A stretch of 64,000 nucleotides of DNA from NCBI GenBank assembly GCA_963845065.1, contig CAWJQQ010000009.1, forward strand, positions 256,001-320,000, read 5' to 3'. Positions within the stretch are counted from its first letter, which is position 1. Each line of letters starts with the position of its first letter. Below the pieces are notes generated by a model. The model was given only the letters and a program-made list of their open reading frames with translations, did not search any database and was not told the origin of the DNA. This DNA comes from Nitrospirota bacterium (GTDB lineage: Bacteria > Nitrospirota > UBA9217). Shown here piece after piece: positions 1-9,074 of this stretch. Position numbers and translations under genes: made by a program.

Positions 1-2387
1 AGAAAGGAACGCCCATCCTGCTCCGAGACATTAGCGAGGTCCAGCTCGGCCCGGAAATCCGGCGTGGTAGCTCTGACCTGGACGGGAAAGGCGAGACCGT
101 AGGCGGCATTGTCGTCGTCCGCTTCGGAGAGAACGTCCTCAACGTGATCGAACGGGTAAAAGCAAAAATCAAAGAGCTACAGCCATCACTGCCCGAAGGG
201 GTCAAGATTGTAACTACCTACGACCGATCTGAGCTTATTCACCGCTCTGTAGAGACTCTCCGCGAAGAAGTAATAAAACTTGGCATCGCCGTAAGCGTGG
301 TTTGCATCATTTTTCTCTTCCATTTTCCCAGTGCTCTTGTTGTGATTCTGACCTTGCCAGTGTCGATCCTGATCTCCTTCATCTGCATGTATTATCTCAA
401 GATCAGCTCGAACATCATGAGCCTGGGCGGCATCGCCATAGCCATAGGCGCCATGGTTGACGCCTCTATCATTATGGTTGAGAACGCGCATAAAAAGCTT
501 GAAGAGTGGGAAAAGAGCGGGATGGTCCACGGCTCGCGCGTCGACGTGATCATCAACGCTGCGAAAGAGGTCGGACCGTCTCTCTTCTTTTCGCTGCTGG
601 TGATAACAGTCGGTTTTCTGCCGATCTTCACCCTTGAGGAGCAGGCAGGCAGACTGTTTAAGCCTTTGGCGTACACCAAGACTTTTGCCATGCTCTTCGC
701 GAGCTTTCTCGCGATCACGCTGACGCCGGTCTTGATGACGCTTTTCATCAGGGGAAAGATCAGGCATGAGGACAACAACCCTATAAGTCATGTTCTCACG
801 AAAATTTATCATCCTGTTGCGCGGTTCGCTCTCCGGTACCGGAAGTTCGTTATTATCACGGCGATCATTATTGTTCTAGCCTCGGTTTTTCCCTATACCA
901 AACTGGGTTCAGAGTTCATGCCGCCGTTGTACGAGGGCACGCTGCTGTTCATGCCATCATCCGTGCCAGGCGCCTCCATCACAACGATGAGCGAGGTGCT
1001 TCAGGCGGAGGACCGCATCATCAAAGAGTTCCCTGAGGTGGCGCGCGTCTTCGGCAAGGCAGGCCGGGCTGAGACACCGACCGATCCTGCACCGCTCGAG
1101 ATGGTCGAGACGAATATAACCTTAAAGCCCATGAGCCAGTGGCGGCCGCAGTACACGAAGTGGGAAGACCTTCGCGATGACATAGACTCTGCCCTTACCA
1201 TGCCCGGCGTGGCAAACACCTGGACCATGCCGATCATCGGCAGAATTGATATGCTTGCGACGGGCATCCGGACGCCTTTAGGCATGAAGATATACGGCCC
1301 CCATCTCGACGGAATCGAACGCATTGGCCTGGATCTGGAACAGACTCTTCGCACCGTACCGGGTACGCGCAGCGTCTACGCTGAACGGGCCAATACGGGC
1401 TACTTTCTCGATTTCGACATCAACCGCGACGAAATCAGCAGATACGGTCTCACGATCGAGGATGTGCAGGAAGTGATTGAGTCTGCCATCGGTGGCATGA
1501 ATCTGACGACGACGGTCGAGGGCAGGGAGCGGTATCCCGTGAACATCCGATACGGCCGGGAGCTCCGGAACGATATCGACAATCTTAAACGAGTGCTGAT
1601 ACCGACGGCGAAAGGTGCCCAGATCCCTTTGGACCAGCTTGCTGACATCAAGGTGACGCGCGGCCCCGGTATGATCCAGAGTGAGGGAGGGAGGCTTACC
1701 GCCGCAGTGACTCTTGGCATTGAAGGAAGCGATTATGGCGGCTACGTGCAGAGGGCCAGCAGGGAGATTGCCGAGAAGGTGAAGATCCCTCCGGGCTATA
1801 CAATCCAGTGGAGCGGGCAGTACGAGTACATGGAGAATGTCAAAGCCAAACTCTTTTACGTGATTCCGCTCACGCTTTTAATCATTATCGTGCTGATCTA
1901 TCTCAACACGGAATCGTTCACCAAGACCACGATTGTGCTGCTGGCAGTCCCATTCTCGCTTGTGGGCGCGGTCTGGTTCCTCTATCTCCTGGGCTACCAC
2001 ATGAGTACTGCGGTTTGGGTCGGCGTCATTGCCCTGGCGGGCCTCGACGCGGAGACGGGCATTGTGATGCTGCTCTACCTCGATTTGTCATACAACCGGT
2101 GGCACCAGGAAGGAAGAATCAATGCACTCCAGGACATTGAGGCCTCGGTGATGGAGGGAGCGGTTAAGAGAATCAGGCCCAAGATCATGACGGTGTCGGT
2201 GATCCTGGCGGGCCTCGTGCCAATCATGTTCTCAAACGGGACTGGCGCGGACGTTATGAAGCGGATCGCAGCACCTATGATCGGCGGCGTGGTGACATCG
2301 ACGATATTAGAGCTGATCATTTATCCCGCGATTTACGTGATTTGGAAAGAGAGAGACCTGAGAAGGGCGGTAAACGGCGGACTGTAA
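1..2387 (+). CDS. cusA: CusA/CzcA-family heavy-metal RND efflux permease (5' end outside window)
   Basis: Frame is open from position 3 (KGTPILLRDISEVQLGPEIRRG...). Motifs IAIAIGAMVDASIIMVEN, GSEFMPPLYEG and KRIRPKIMT, plus the Met-rich features of CusA. Confidence 0.93.
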   Translation, partial: KGTPILLRDISEVQLGPEIRRGSSDLDGKGETVGGIVVVRFGENVLNVIERVKAKIKELQPSLPEGVKIVTTYDRSELIHRSVETLREEVIKLGIAVSVVCIIFLFHFPSALVVILTLPVSILISFICMYYLKISSNIMSLGGIAIAIGAMVDASIIMVENAHKKLEEWEKSGMVHGSRVDVIINAAKEVGPSLFFSLLVITVGFLPIFTLEEQAGRLFKPLAYTKTFAMLFASFLAITLTPVLMTLFIRGKIRHEDNNPISHVLTKIYHPVARFALRYRKFVIITAIIIVLASVFPYTKLGSEFMPPLYEGTLLFMPSSVPGASITTMSEVLQAEDRIIKEFPEVARVFGKAGRAETPTDPAPLEMVETNITLKPMSQWRPQYTKWEDLRDDIDSALTMPGVANTWTMPIIGRIDMLATGIRTPLGMKIYGPHLDGIERIGLDLEQTLRTVPGTRSVYAERANTGYFLDFDINRDEISRYGLTIEDVQEVIESAIGGMNLTTTVEGRERYPVNIRYGRELRNDIDNLKRVLIPTAKGAQIPLDQLADIKVTRGPGMIQSEGGRLTAAVTLGIEGSDYGGYVQRASREIAEKVKIPPGYTIQWSGQYEYMENVKAKLFYVIPLTLLIIIVLIYLNTESFTKTTIVLLAVPFSLVGAVWFLYLLGYHMSTAVWVGVIALAGLDAETGIVMLLYLDLSYNRWHQEGRINALQDIEASVMEGAVKRIRPKIMTVSVILAGLVPIMFSNGTGADVMKRIAAPMIGGVVTSTILELIIYPAIYVIWKERDLRRAVNGGL

Positions 2388-2477
2388 AGAAAATGCAGGA
2401 TGCGTGAAAGAAAATAAACCGGACATTGTGTATTTCAGCAATGATTTTCATTGTAATTAAATCGAAGGAGGATCGGA

Positions 2478-2879
2478 ATGATGAAAAAGAACTTTTTGGT
2501 GGTTCTGGCAGGTGCAATGTTGTTGTCGCTAATCGTAGGTTGTTCAAAGGGCTATGTCTCGCAAAAAACGGCGGCTGGCACGACTATCACGCTTAAAGCA
2601 GAACGGTACCCACTAATCAAGGGTGACAACAACATGTCTGTTAAAGTGGCCGATTCGTCGGGAAAATCTTTGAGCTCCGCCATGGTGATGGCACGTTACT
2701 ATATGCCGGCCATGCCCGGTATGGCGCCCATGGAATATAATTCCATGGCCCAGGCGAAGGGCGAAGAATATGGATTCACCGCCAATATCCCGATGGAAGG
2801 TGGCTGGAAGATTGACGTGACGGCGACGCAGCCGGAAAAACCGGCGGTCACTGCTACATTCAATGTCGATGCCAGGTAA
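2478..2879 (+). CDS. YtkA/FixH-like Met-rich lipoprotein, probably copper-efflux associated
   Basis: Lipobox (IVGC), MPAMPGMAPM motif, MEGGWKIDV; AGGAGG RBS; directly downstream of cusA. Confidence 0.75.
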   Translation: MMKKNFLVVLAGAMLLSLIVGCSKGYVSQKTAAGTTITLKAERYPLIKGDNNMSVKVADSSGKSLSSAMVMARYYMPAMPGMAPMEYNSMAQAKGEEYGFTANIPMEGGWKIDVTATQPEKPAVTATFNVDAR

Positions 2880-3125
2880 AGACACGGCATTTGTTGTCCA
2901 AGGCAACAGTCATGACGCGGTGGGGTAATTTCGAATAGTGTACGTGATAATATGCATCAAGGAAGAAGTTCCTTTGTTCAGGTCATATACGATACACGAT
3001 AGGATTGTTATCACCATCGCTGATGAAAAAGCCGATGAAGCAGCAAACTTTACCAAACTATCCGCAGAAAGCCCCTGGTTTTAACCATGGGGATGAATGC
3101 GGGAACCTTGTTTTCCGGCAATTAG

Positions 3126-3154
3126 TAGACAAATGTACATCTATGTGGTATATT
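3126..3154 (+). promoter_or_regulatory. sigma70-type promoter of tnpB, with a palindrome-like box over the -35 (same in all four copies)
   Basis: TAGACA-N17-TATATT with an extended TG; ATG lies 10 nt downstream with no obvious SD. Confidence 0.6.
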
Positions 3155-3164
3155 TAAACAACCA

Positions 3165-4700
3165 ATGCCGAATAAACCTAAAACCCCATCTTTTATCCAC
3201 GAGTTTCAACTCGTAGCGACTCCAAAGGGCAATCGAATGCTCGATGCCCGGCCCGAAGCTGGCCGTTATCTGTACAATGCCTGCCTTGGTGAAGCGATGA
3301 AGCGTCTTACTGCCATGCGGCGATCAGAGAAATGGCTCGTGGCGATCACGAAGAAGAAAAGCAAGCTTCGCACCAAGATGTTTAAGACAGCCAGAACCCA
3401 GGCTGAATATACTGAATACCACCTTCATAACTACGTCGGTATCCTCCGCAATTCCTGCTGGATCAGTGAGCATATTGACAGCCTGACCGCCCAGAAGATA
3501 GCATCTCGAGCATATAGCGCCGTCGCTGACTACGAGTTTGGGAAGCATGGCAAACCACGTTTCAAGCGCCATGGCTGGATGTCGTCCCTTGAAGGTAAAA
3601 ACAACAAATCTGGTATTCGGTGGTGCGATGACCATGTGGAGTGGACCGGCCTTCGTCTCAACTGTGTCTTCGACAAGAAAGACAAGTTTGGTGTTCAGGC
3701 TCATGCACTTAGCCATGATGTCAAGTACGTTCGTCTGGTCAAGAAAACTATCCGCGGCAATCCCCGCTGGTTTGCCCAACTTGTGCTTAAAGGCACGGCC
3801 AAGATCAAGCGTGAGAACCAGATTGGCACCGAAACTGTCGGCCTTGATATTGGCCCGTCGACAGTTGCCATCGTTGGTGATACCGATGCGTTACTACTCG
3901 AATTTTGCCCTGAAGTCGAGATACCGTTTAAACGTATCAAGACCGTCCAGCGCAAAATGGCCAGAAGCCTTCGTGCTACCAACCCGGGCAACTACAACGG
4001 AGACAAAACCATCAAAACAGGTAAAAAACAGTGGGTCTTTTCTGTTCAATACCGTGTTCTTAAAGCTAATTTCGCCGAACTTCAAAGGATCCTTGCTGAA
4101 ACCAGAAAACGGTCTCATGGCAAGCTCGTGAACAAAGTCCTCACTCTCGGTACCGACATCAAAACCGAGAAACTGTCGTACAAAGCATTTCAGAAACTCT
4201 ATGGTAAAAGTATTTCGCGACGAGCTCCGGGGATGTTTATGTCGATGCTTCACCACAAAGCCGAAAACGCTGGCGGTAAAGTAACCGAGTTTTCTACCCG
4301 GAGCACAAAGCTTTCCCATACATGCCATTGCGGAACAGTAGCCAAAAAATCATTGTCCCAAAGATGGCATGCCTGCAACTGCGGGGTAAGCACCCAGCGT
4401 GATCTCTATTCCGCATTCCTTGCAAAGTATGTTTCTAACGATGTCCTCGACACGCGTCAGGCTGCCAAAGCCTGGCCGGGTGCAAACCTGCTCCTGGAAC
4501 GGGCGGTGTCGAGAGTGCAACAACAAGCGGCAACGGGTCGAATTCATCCGACCAGCTTCGGTATCAAGCAAGAGAACACCACGAACCGGAGACAGAGCTG
4601 CTCGTCCGTTAAAGGCGGATCAACGACAGTCGAGGCCGACAACGTTCGTATTGTTGCCGGAGAGCCTGTCGGTACAGCCGCTAGAACCCCCTGGCTTTAG
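3165..4700 (+). CDS. tnpB: RNA-guided endonuclease TnpB
   Basis: N-terminal HTH (RYLYNACL), RuvC-I VGLDIG, RuvC-II IKTEKL, Zn finger CHCG...CNCG, RuvC-III QRDLYSA; stop codon lies in the RE hairpin loop. Confidence 0.93.
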   Translation: MPNKPKTPSFIHEFQLVATPKGNRMLDARPEAGRYLYNACLGEAMKRLTAMRRSEKWLVAITKKKSKLRTKMFKTARTQAEYTEYHLHNYVGILRNSCWISEHIDSLTAQKIASRAYSAVADYEFGKHGKPRFKRHGWMSSLEGKNNKSGIRWCDDHVEWTGLRLNCVFDKKDKFGVQAHALSHDVKYVRLVKKTIRGNPRWFAQLVLKGTAKIKRENQIGTETVGLDIGPSTVAIVGDTDALLLEFCPEVEIPFKRIKTVQRKMARSLRATNPGNYNGDKTIKTGKKQWVFSVQYRVLKANFAELQRILAETRKRSHGKLVNKVLTLGTDIKTEKLSYKAFQKLYGKSISRRAPGMFMSMLHHKAENAGGKVTEFSTRSTKLSHTCHCGTVAKKSLSQRWHACNCGVSTQRDLYSAFLAKYVSNDVLDTRQAAKAWPGANLLLERAVSRVQQQAATGRIHPTSFGIKQENTTNRRQSCSSVKGGSTTVEADNVRIVAGEPVGTAARTPWL

Positions 4701-4717
4701 ACATGGGGAGTGGTCAG
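4540..4717 (+). ncRNA. Predicted TnpB omega/reRNA scaffold overlapping the tnpB 3' end (5' boundary approximate; equivalents in the other copies)
   Basis: Established position of TnpB reRNA at the IS right end. Hairpins TCCGTT/GGCGGA, CGACAG/CTGTCG and the RE stem keep their pairing between divergent copies. Confidence 0.6.
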
Positions 4718-5000
4718 CTTGAGACACGCTGCGGCCGCTTTTGCCGGCGATGGCTATCGTTGCCGTATCGCCGATGGACCATGCGGTACACATCTGGACA
4801 AAGGACACCCAAACTAACGAAAAAGCTGCCGAACGCTTGAAAAGCATGGGAGAGTAGAGTAGGATGATGGGAAAGATCATTGAGGAAAAGAGTTGTCGCC
4901 TCAATAATGAGCTTGATGTATTGGAAAACCCTCGTCCAGGAACTTTACTGTCGAGGCGCGAAGATAAAAGCCCGGAGCCGGAGTCAGGGGTCCGGAGTGC

Positions 5001-6134
5001 ATGCCGTGTTTCGGCGTTCTGATTTCCTGTATGAGCATATCGGCATTTAAACAAATCAAGAACATCAGAGTGTATGTGCTCGCGGGCCTCCTCGTGATTA
5101 TCTCGCTCATGCATTACATCGCAGGCGGGGCGGTAGCGGGCATACTCCACGGTCTTCTCGGTCATCTTTACATCGTACCGATCATCCTCGGTGCTTACTG
5201 GTATGGGTTGAAAGGCGGTGTGCTCGTAGCCATAACATCAGCCGCTTTGTTTTCTCCCCATCTTTTCCTGCACTGGCATGACCCATTCATGGAGGTTTAT
5301 AATTACGTCGAATTATTTCTATTTTTCCTGATCGGAGGAGTTACCGGCGTGCTGAGCCAGATGGAGAGAAACCAGCGCATGCGGTATGAAGAAGCGCTAC
5401 AACGGCTCGATGAATCACACCGGAAACTTAAGGAACAAACCGATGTGTTGTTCCAGACCGAAGAACATCTAAGACGGGCCGATCGTTTGTCAGCGCTGGG
5501 CGAGCTGTCGGCGGGTCTGGCTCATGAGATCCGAAATCCGCTCGGCTCGATCAAGGGAGCCGTCGAGATACTGAAGGATGACTATTCACCGGACGAGGCC
5601 AAGTATGAGTTCATCCAGATCCTTCTGAAGGAAACGGACCGGCTGAACACCATCGTGCAGGAGTACCTCGGTTTTGCCCGGCCTAAACATCCCGAGCTTC
5701 AGCTAGTCGACGTAAACGAGACGATTGAGTCCGTGCTGACGTTGACAGCTCAGGAGGCCAGGAGATCGGGCGTCGGGATCGAGAAAAAACTCGATCCCTC
5801 CATCGGGAATAGGAATCTTGATGCCGGGTTGCTCAACCAGGCGTTCCTGAACATTGTTCTGAACGCCATCCAGGCAATGCCGCATGGAGGGCGGCTGACC
5901 GTGGAAACCGGTCTTCGGAATAAAATGCTGGAAGTAAAGATCGCTGATACTGGGAGCGGTATACCAGAGGAAAACAGGAAAAAGCTCTTCAGCCCATTTT
6001 TCACGACGAAGAAAAATGGTACTGGCCTCGGTCTCGCGATCACCTACCGAATCATCGAGAACCACCGCGGCACGATAGATGTCTCGAGTGAGCCGGGCAG
6101 GGGAACGACGTTTACTGTGAAGATTCCCCTATAA
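5001..6134 (+). CDS. Membrane sensor histidine kinase (true start may be 5031)
   Basis: N-terminal TM helices, H-box AGLAHEIRNPL, N-box QAFLNIVLNAIQA, G boxes DTGSG and GTGLGL. Confidence 0.9.
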   Translation: MPCFGVLISCMSISAFKQIKNIRVYVLAGLLVIISLMHYIAGGAVAGILHGLLGHLYIVPIILGAYWYGLKGGVLVAITSAALFSPHLFLHWHDPFMEVYNYVELFLFFLIGGVTGVLSQMERNQRMRYEEALQRLDESHRKLKEQTDVLFQTEEHLRRADRLSALGELSAGLAHEIRNPLGSIKGAVEILKDDYSPDEAKYEFIQILLKETDRLNTIVQEYLGFARPKHPELQLVDVNETIESVLTLTAQEARRSGVGIEKKLDPSIGNRNLDAGLLNQAFLNIVLNAIQAMPHGGRLTVETGLRNKMLEVKIADTGSGIPEENRKKLFSPFFTTKKNGTGLGLAITYRIIENHRGTIDVSSEPGRGTTFTVKIPL

Positions 6135-6309
6135 AACCAGCCACAGAGATACTGAGAAGCGGAAAGAAGAGAGAAATATAATACGCTCGTAAAGCAAAAA
6201 ACCGAGTTGAGACTTTAATTAATTCGCAGGATTTTCATAAGTGCTTATTTATGTGTTATACGATCGATTTTTTGTTTCTTCCCGTATTTCTGTGGCAAAA
6301 TTATCATTC

Positions 6310-7662
6310 ATGAAAAAATCTTTTATCCTTGTCATAGATGATGACGACAGCCTGCGCCGGGTCATGGAGTTCAGTCTGACTGAAGCGGGATACCGGGTCC
6401 AGACCGCAGCAAGCGGCGAAGAAGGCCTGCGCCTCTTTGAGAAAAACACCTTTGACGCCGTAATTTCAGACATTACCATGCCTGGTATGGGCGGCATGGA
6501 GGTCCTGGTGAAGATTCGCGAGCTGGATGCTCAAGTCCCAGTGGTCATGATAACTGCTTATGGTACGATTGAGAGCGCCGTCGATGCGATGAAGCGGGGG
6601 GCATTCGATTATATTACTAAACCGTTCAACCGCGATGAGCTGCGGCTTACACTCGACAAGGCGCTCAGGATGCGCAGACTCGAGAAGGAAAATACCGAGC
6701 TCAGGTCCGCAGTCACGGACCGCTACCGTTTCGATAGCATCATCGGCAGCAGTGATATACTTCGTGAAGTACTCGACTCGGCCGGCCGTGTGGCGGCAAG
6801 CGATGCTACAGTACTGATCACCGGTGAGCGTGGGACAGGGAAAGAACTTCTCGCGAAGGGCATCCATTTCAACAGCTCCCGCGCTGAGGGCCCCTTCGTT
6901 GCGGTCAACTGCGCGGCCATCCCGGAACCGCTGATTGAGAGCGAGTTGTTCGGCCATGTTAAGGGGGCCTTTACCGGCGCAAGCAGGGATAAGGAGGGCA
7001 AGTTCGAACTTGCCGACGGAGGAACAGTTCTGCTGGATGAGATCGGGGAGCTTCGTATCGATCTCCAGGCAAAAATACTCCGTGTCCTGCAGGAACGGAC
7101 CGTCGACCGGCTTGGTGACACGAAATCCATTTCCGTGGATGTCCGGGTCATTGCTTCGACGAACCGGGACATCGAACAGGCAATCAAGGATGGCAAATTC
7201 CGCGAAGACCTGTATGATCGCATAAACGTGGTGGGCCTCAGAATGCCGCCTCTCCGCGAGCGCAGGGAAGACGTCCCGCTGCTCGTACAGTATTTTCTCA
7301 AAAAATTCAACAAGAATACATCGGTTGGCATCGAACAGGAAGCCATGGCCGTGCTCCAATCATACGGCTGGCCCGGCAACGTGCGCGAACTCGAGAGCGT
7401 GATCGAGCGGGCATCGGTGCTGAAGCGAGGAAGCCTCGTAACGCCCGCCGATCTGCCAGAGAAACTCAAAAAAGAAAAAAACAGCGTAGAGAATATCCTA
7501 CTGAACTTGCCGGAAGAAGGCATCGCGCTCGAGGAATTGGAAAAGAGCCTCATCGTCAAGGCGCTCGAAAAGAACAAAGGTAACCAGACACGTGCCGCCG
7601 AATACCTGGGCATCACGAGGCCGACACTCATTTACCGGATGGAAAAATTCGGGCTCAAATGA
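6310..7662 (+). CDS. Sigma-54-dependent NtrC-family response regulator
   Basis: REC domain (VIDDD, SDITMPG), Walker A GERGTGKE, GAFTGA, WPGNVRELE, Fis-type HTH. Confidence 0.93.
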   Translation: MKKSFILVIDDDDSLRRVMEFSLTEAGYRVQTAASGEEGLRLFEKNTFDAVISDITMPGMGGMEVLVKIRELDAQVPVVMITAYGTIESAVDAMKRGAFDYITKPFNRDELRLTLDKALRMRRLEKENTELRSAVTDRYRFDSIIGSSDILREVLDSAGRVAASDATVLITGERGTGKELLAKGIHFNSSRAEGPFVAVNCAAIPEPLIESELFGHVKGAFTGASRDKEGKFELADGGTVLLDEIGELRIDLQAKILRVLQERTVDRLGDTKSISVDVRVIASTNRDIEQAIKDGKFREDLYDRINVVGLRMPPLRERREDVPLLVQYFLKKFNKNTSVGIEQEAMAVLQSYGWPGNVRELESVIERASVLKRGSLVTPADLPEKLKKEKNSVENILLNLPEEGIALEELEKSLIVKALEKNKGNQTRAAEYLGITRPTLIYRMEKFGLK

Positions 7663-7889
7663 CATAATGCATCATGCACGTTCCAAATGGACTACGGAAC
7701 CACATATTGATCAAAGAATGATCACTCGCTTATTGAAGGGACATCTCACAGTTTCGGAGTCTGCCGGCGGCTGAGCAAGGTAGACTCCTATCGACCGTTC
7801 GATCCCGATTGTTAGCTGATTCTAAATTTGCTAGTGGACGCCTGAACTGCTCCGCGAGTTCTCTGCTCGGAATGCTCAGGTAGAGGAAT

Positions 7890-8375
7890 GTAGTTCTTGG
7901 GGGACGGCAATTTTCTTCACACGTTCATGCAAGGCTTTTTGTCTTTGCCTTTTCAAACCCTTTCTTTCCTGCCTAGTGACAGAGACCTGCGACCACGAAG
8001 TTCCGGCGGAATCAATCTCGTCCGATATGCGTTATTTCGTAATCGACGGTTGTAATGAACAGAACAATTGAAAGCTACAAACAGGCGCGTAGACATGCAG
8101 TATCGGAAAGGATGGCCTCGGAGTTAAGCTGTATTCCGATTTTTACCTTGTAGTGGATCGATAGCGAAATTGCGATAATGGGGATGACGGAAACGGCAAT
8201 GCCCTAGAAAGTAGTGTCAGGCTTACGCCCGATAAGGATTGACAGCAGCGGTAATCGAGAGGCTTATAGCCAGGACGTAGAATCCGATTCCTGTGATTTA
8301 GTGAGCAGTGTGCTCGTAATGGTCGAGGTCTTATTCGTGGTTCTTCCCGATGCTCCGCCCCAGCAAGAGATCCCA
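7890..8375 (-). pseudogene. Decayed cation-efflux (CDF-type) membrane protein fragment (boundaries approximate)
   Basis: Manual translation: ITGIGFYVLAISLSITAAVN...RKPDTTF*GIAVSVIPII...HYKVKIGIQLNSEAILSDTACLRACL*LSIVL, with internal stops and frameshifts. Confidence 0.6.
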
Positions 8376-8376
8376 A

Positions 8377-8934
8377 TTACATCTTGCCAAGCATCCTAAT
8401 GGTTTCGTCCGCACTTGATACCTTCGCAAAAACTGCGCTTAATGCGGCCATATACGACCCGTGGACTTGGCTCGCGGGAATATCGGTACCTTGAAAAACC
8501 AGGTTTCTTGCTGCACAGGCATCGTGGGCAATTATACATTTATACCCTTTGTCGAAGGCTGCCCGTACGGTCGCGTCAATGCACATATGCGACATCATCC
8601 CGCAGATTACCAGTTCCTTGATCCCCCTCGAGAGAAGATGCTCCTGCAGTCCCGTATCCCGAAAACTGTTCGGGAAATTTTTTTTGAAAATGGTTTCATT
8701 GGCCAATGGCGTGACGTTTTCGTGAAAGTTTATTCCCACCGTGTCAGGCAAAAAAAATGTCGCGTCGATGCGCTTAGAAATATGCTGAATATGGATAACC
8801 GGCAATTTCTTTTTTCTGAAAATTTCTAACAGCCTTTTTGCGGCTCGGCTTGCCTCGACTGCTCCAACTACCTCCATCTTTCCCCCTGGAAAATAGTCTT
8901 GCTGTATATCTACTAACACCAGTGCGGAATTCAT
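8377..8934 (-). CDS. Isochorismatase-family cysteine hydrolase
   Basis: ALVLVDIQQDY, KNFPNSF, GMMSHMCIDATVRAA. Confidence 0.92.
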   Translation of the reverse strand: MNSALVLVDIQQDYFPGGKMEVVGAVEASRAAKRLLEIFRKKKLPVIHIQHISKRIDATFFLPDTVGINFHENVTPLANETIFKKNFPNSFRDTGLQEHLLSRGIKELVICGMMSHMCIDATVRAAFDKGYKCIIAHDACAARNLVFQGTDIPASQVHGSYMAALSAVFAKVSSADETIRMLGKM

Positions 8935-9074
8935 GGTTTCTCCTCGCTAGTAAGCTTGTTTAAGAACGTCGCACACCTCGTAACTCCGGTCGACAGTCCT
9001 TCTGATCTCCACTCCGAGCTTTTTATTGCCGCATTGGGGGGGGAATGTTCCCATCACCCTGCGATCATTACCTG

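Larger units (their letters stand above)
3054..4717 (+). mobile_element. tnpB-only IS200/IS605-family element (IS608-like ends), copy 1, intact
   Basis: Preceded by TTAC (3050-3053). LE = CAAACTATCCGCAG-AAAG-CCCCTGGTTTTAACCATGGGG; RE = GAAC-CCCCTGGCTTTAGACATGGGG-AGTGG-TCAG. Boundaries set by comparing four copies with different flanks. Confidence 0.95.

Noticed and set aside
3165..4700. TnpB as a nuclease-dead TldR-type repressor
   Set aside because: RuvC D, E and D residues are all present, and the guides are simply the differing insertion flanks.
2880..4860. A gene disrupted by IS copy 1
   Set aside because: Rejoining the flanks at TTAC gave no recognisable protein in the frames I translated.
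7740..7830. attC-like GTTAG motifs here and near 19030
   Set aside because: No complete R''/L''/L'/R' structure and no integron integrase in the window.
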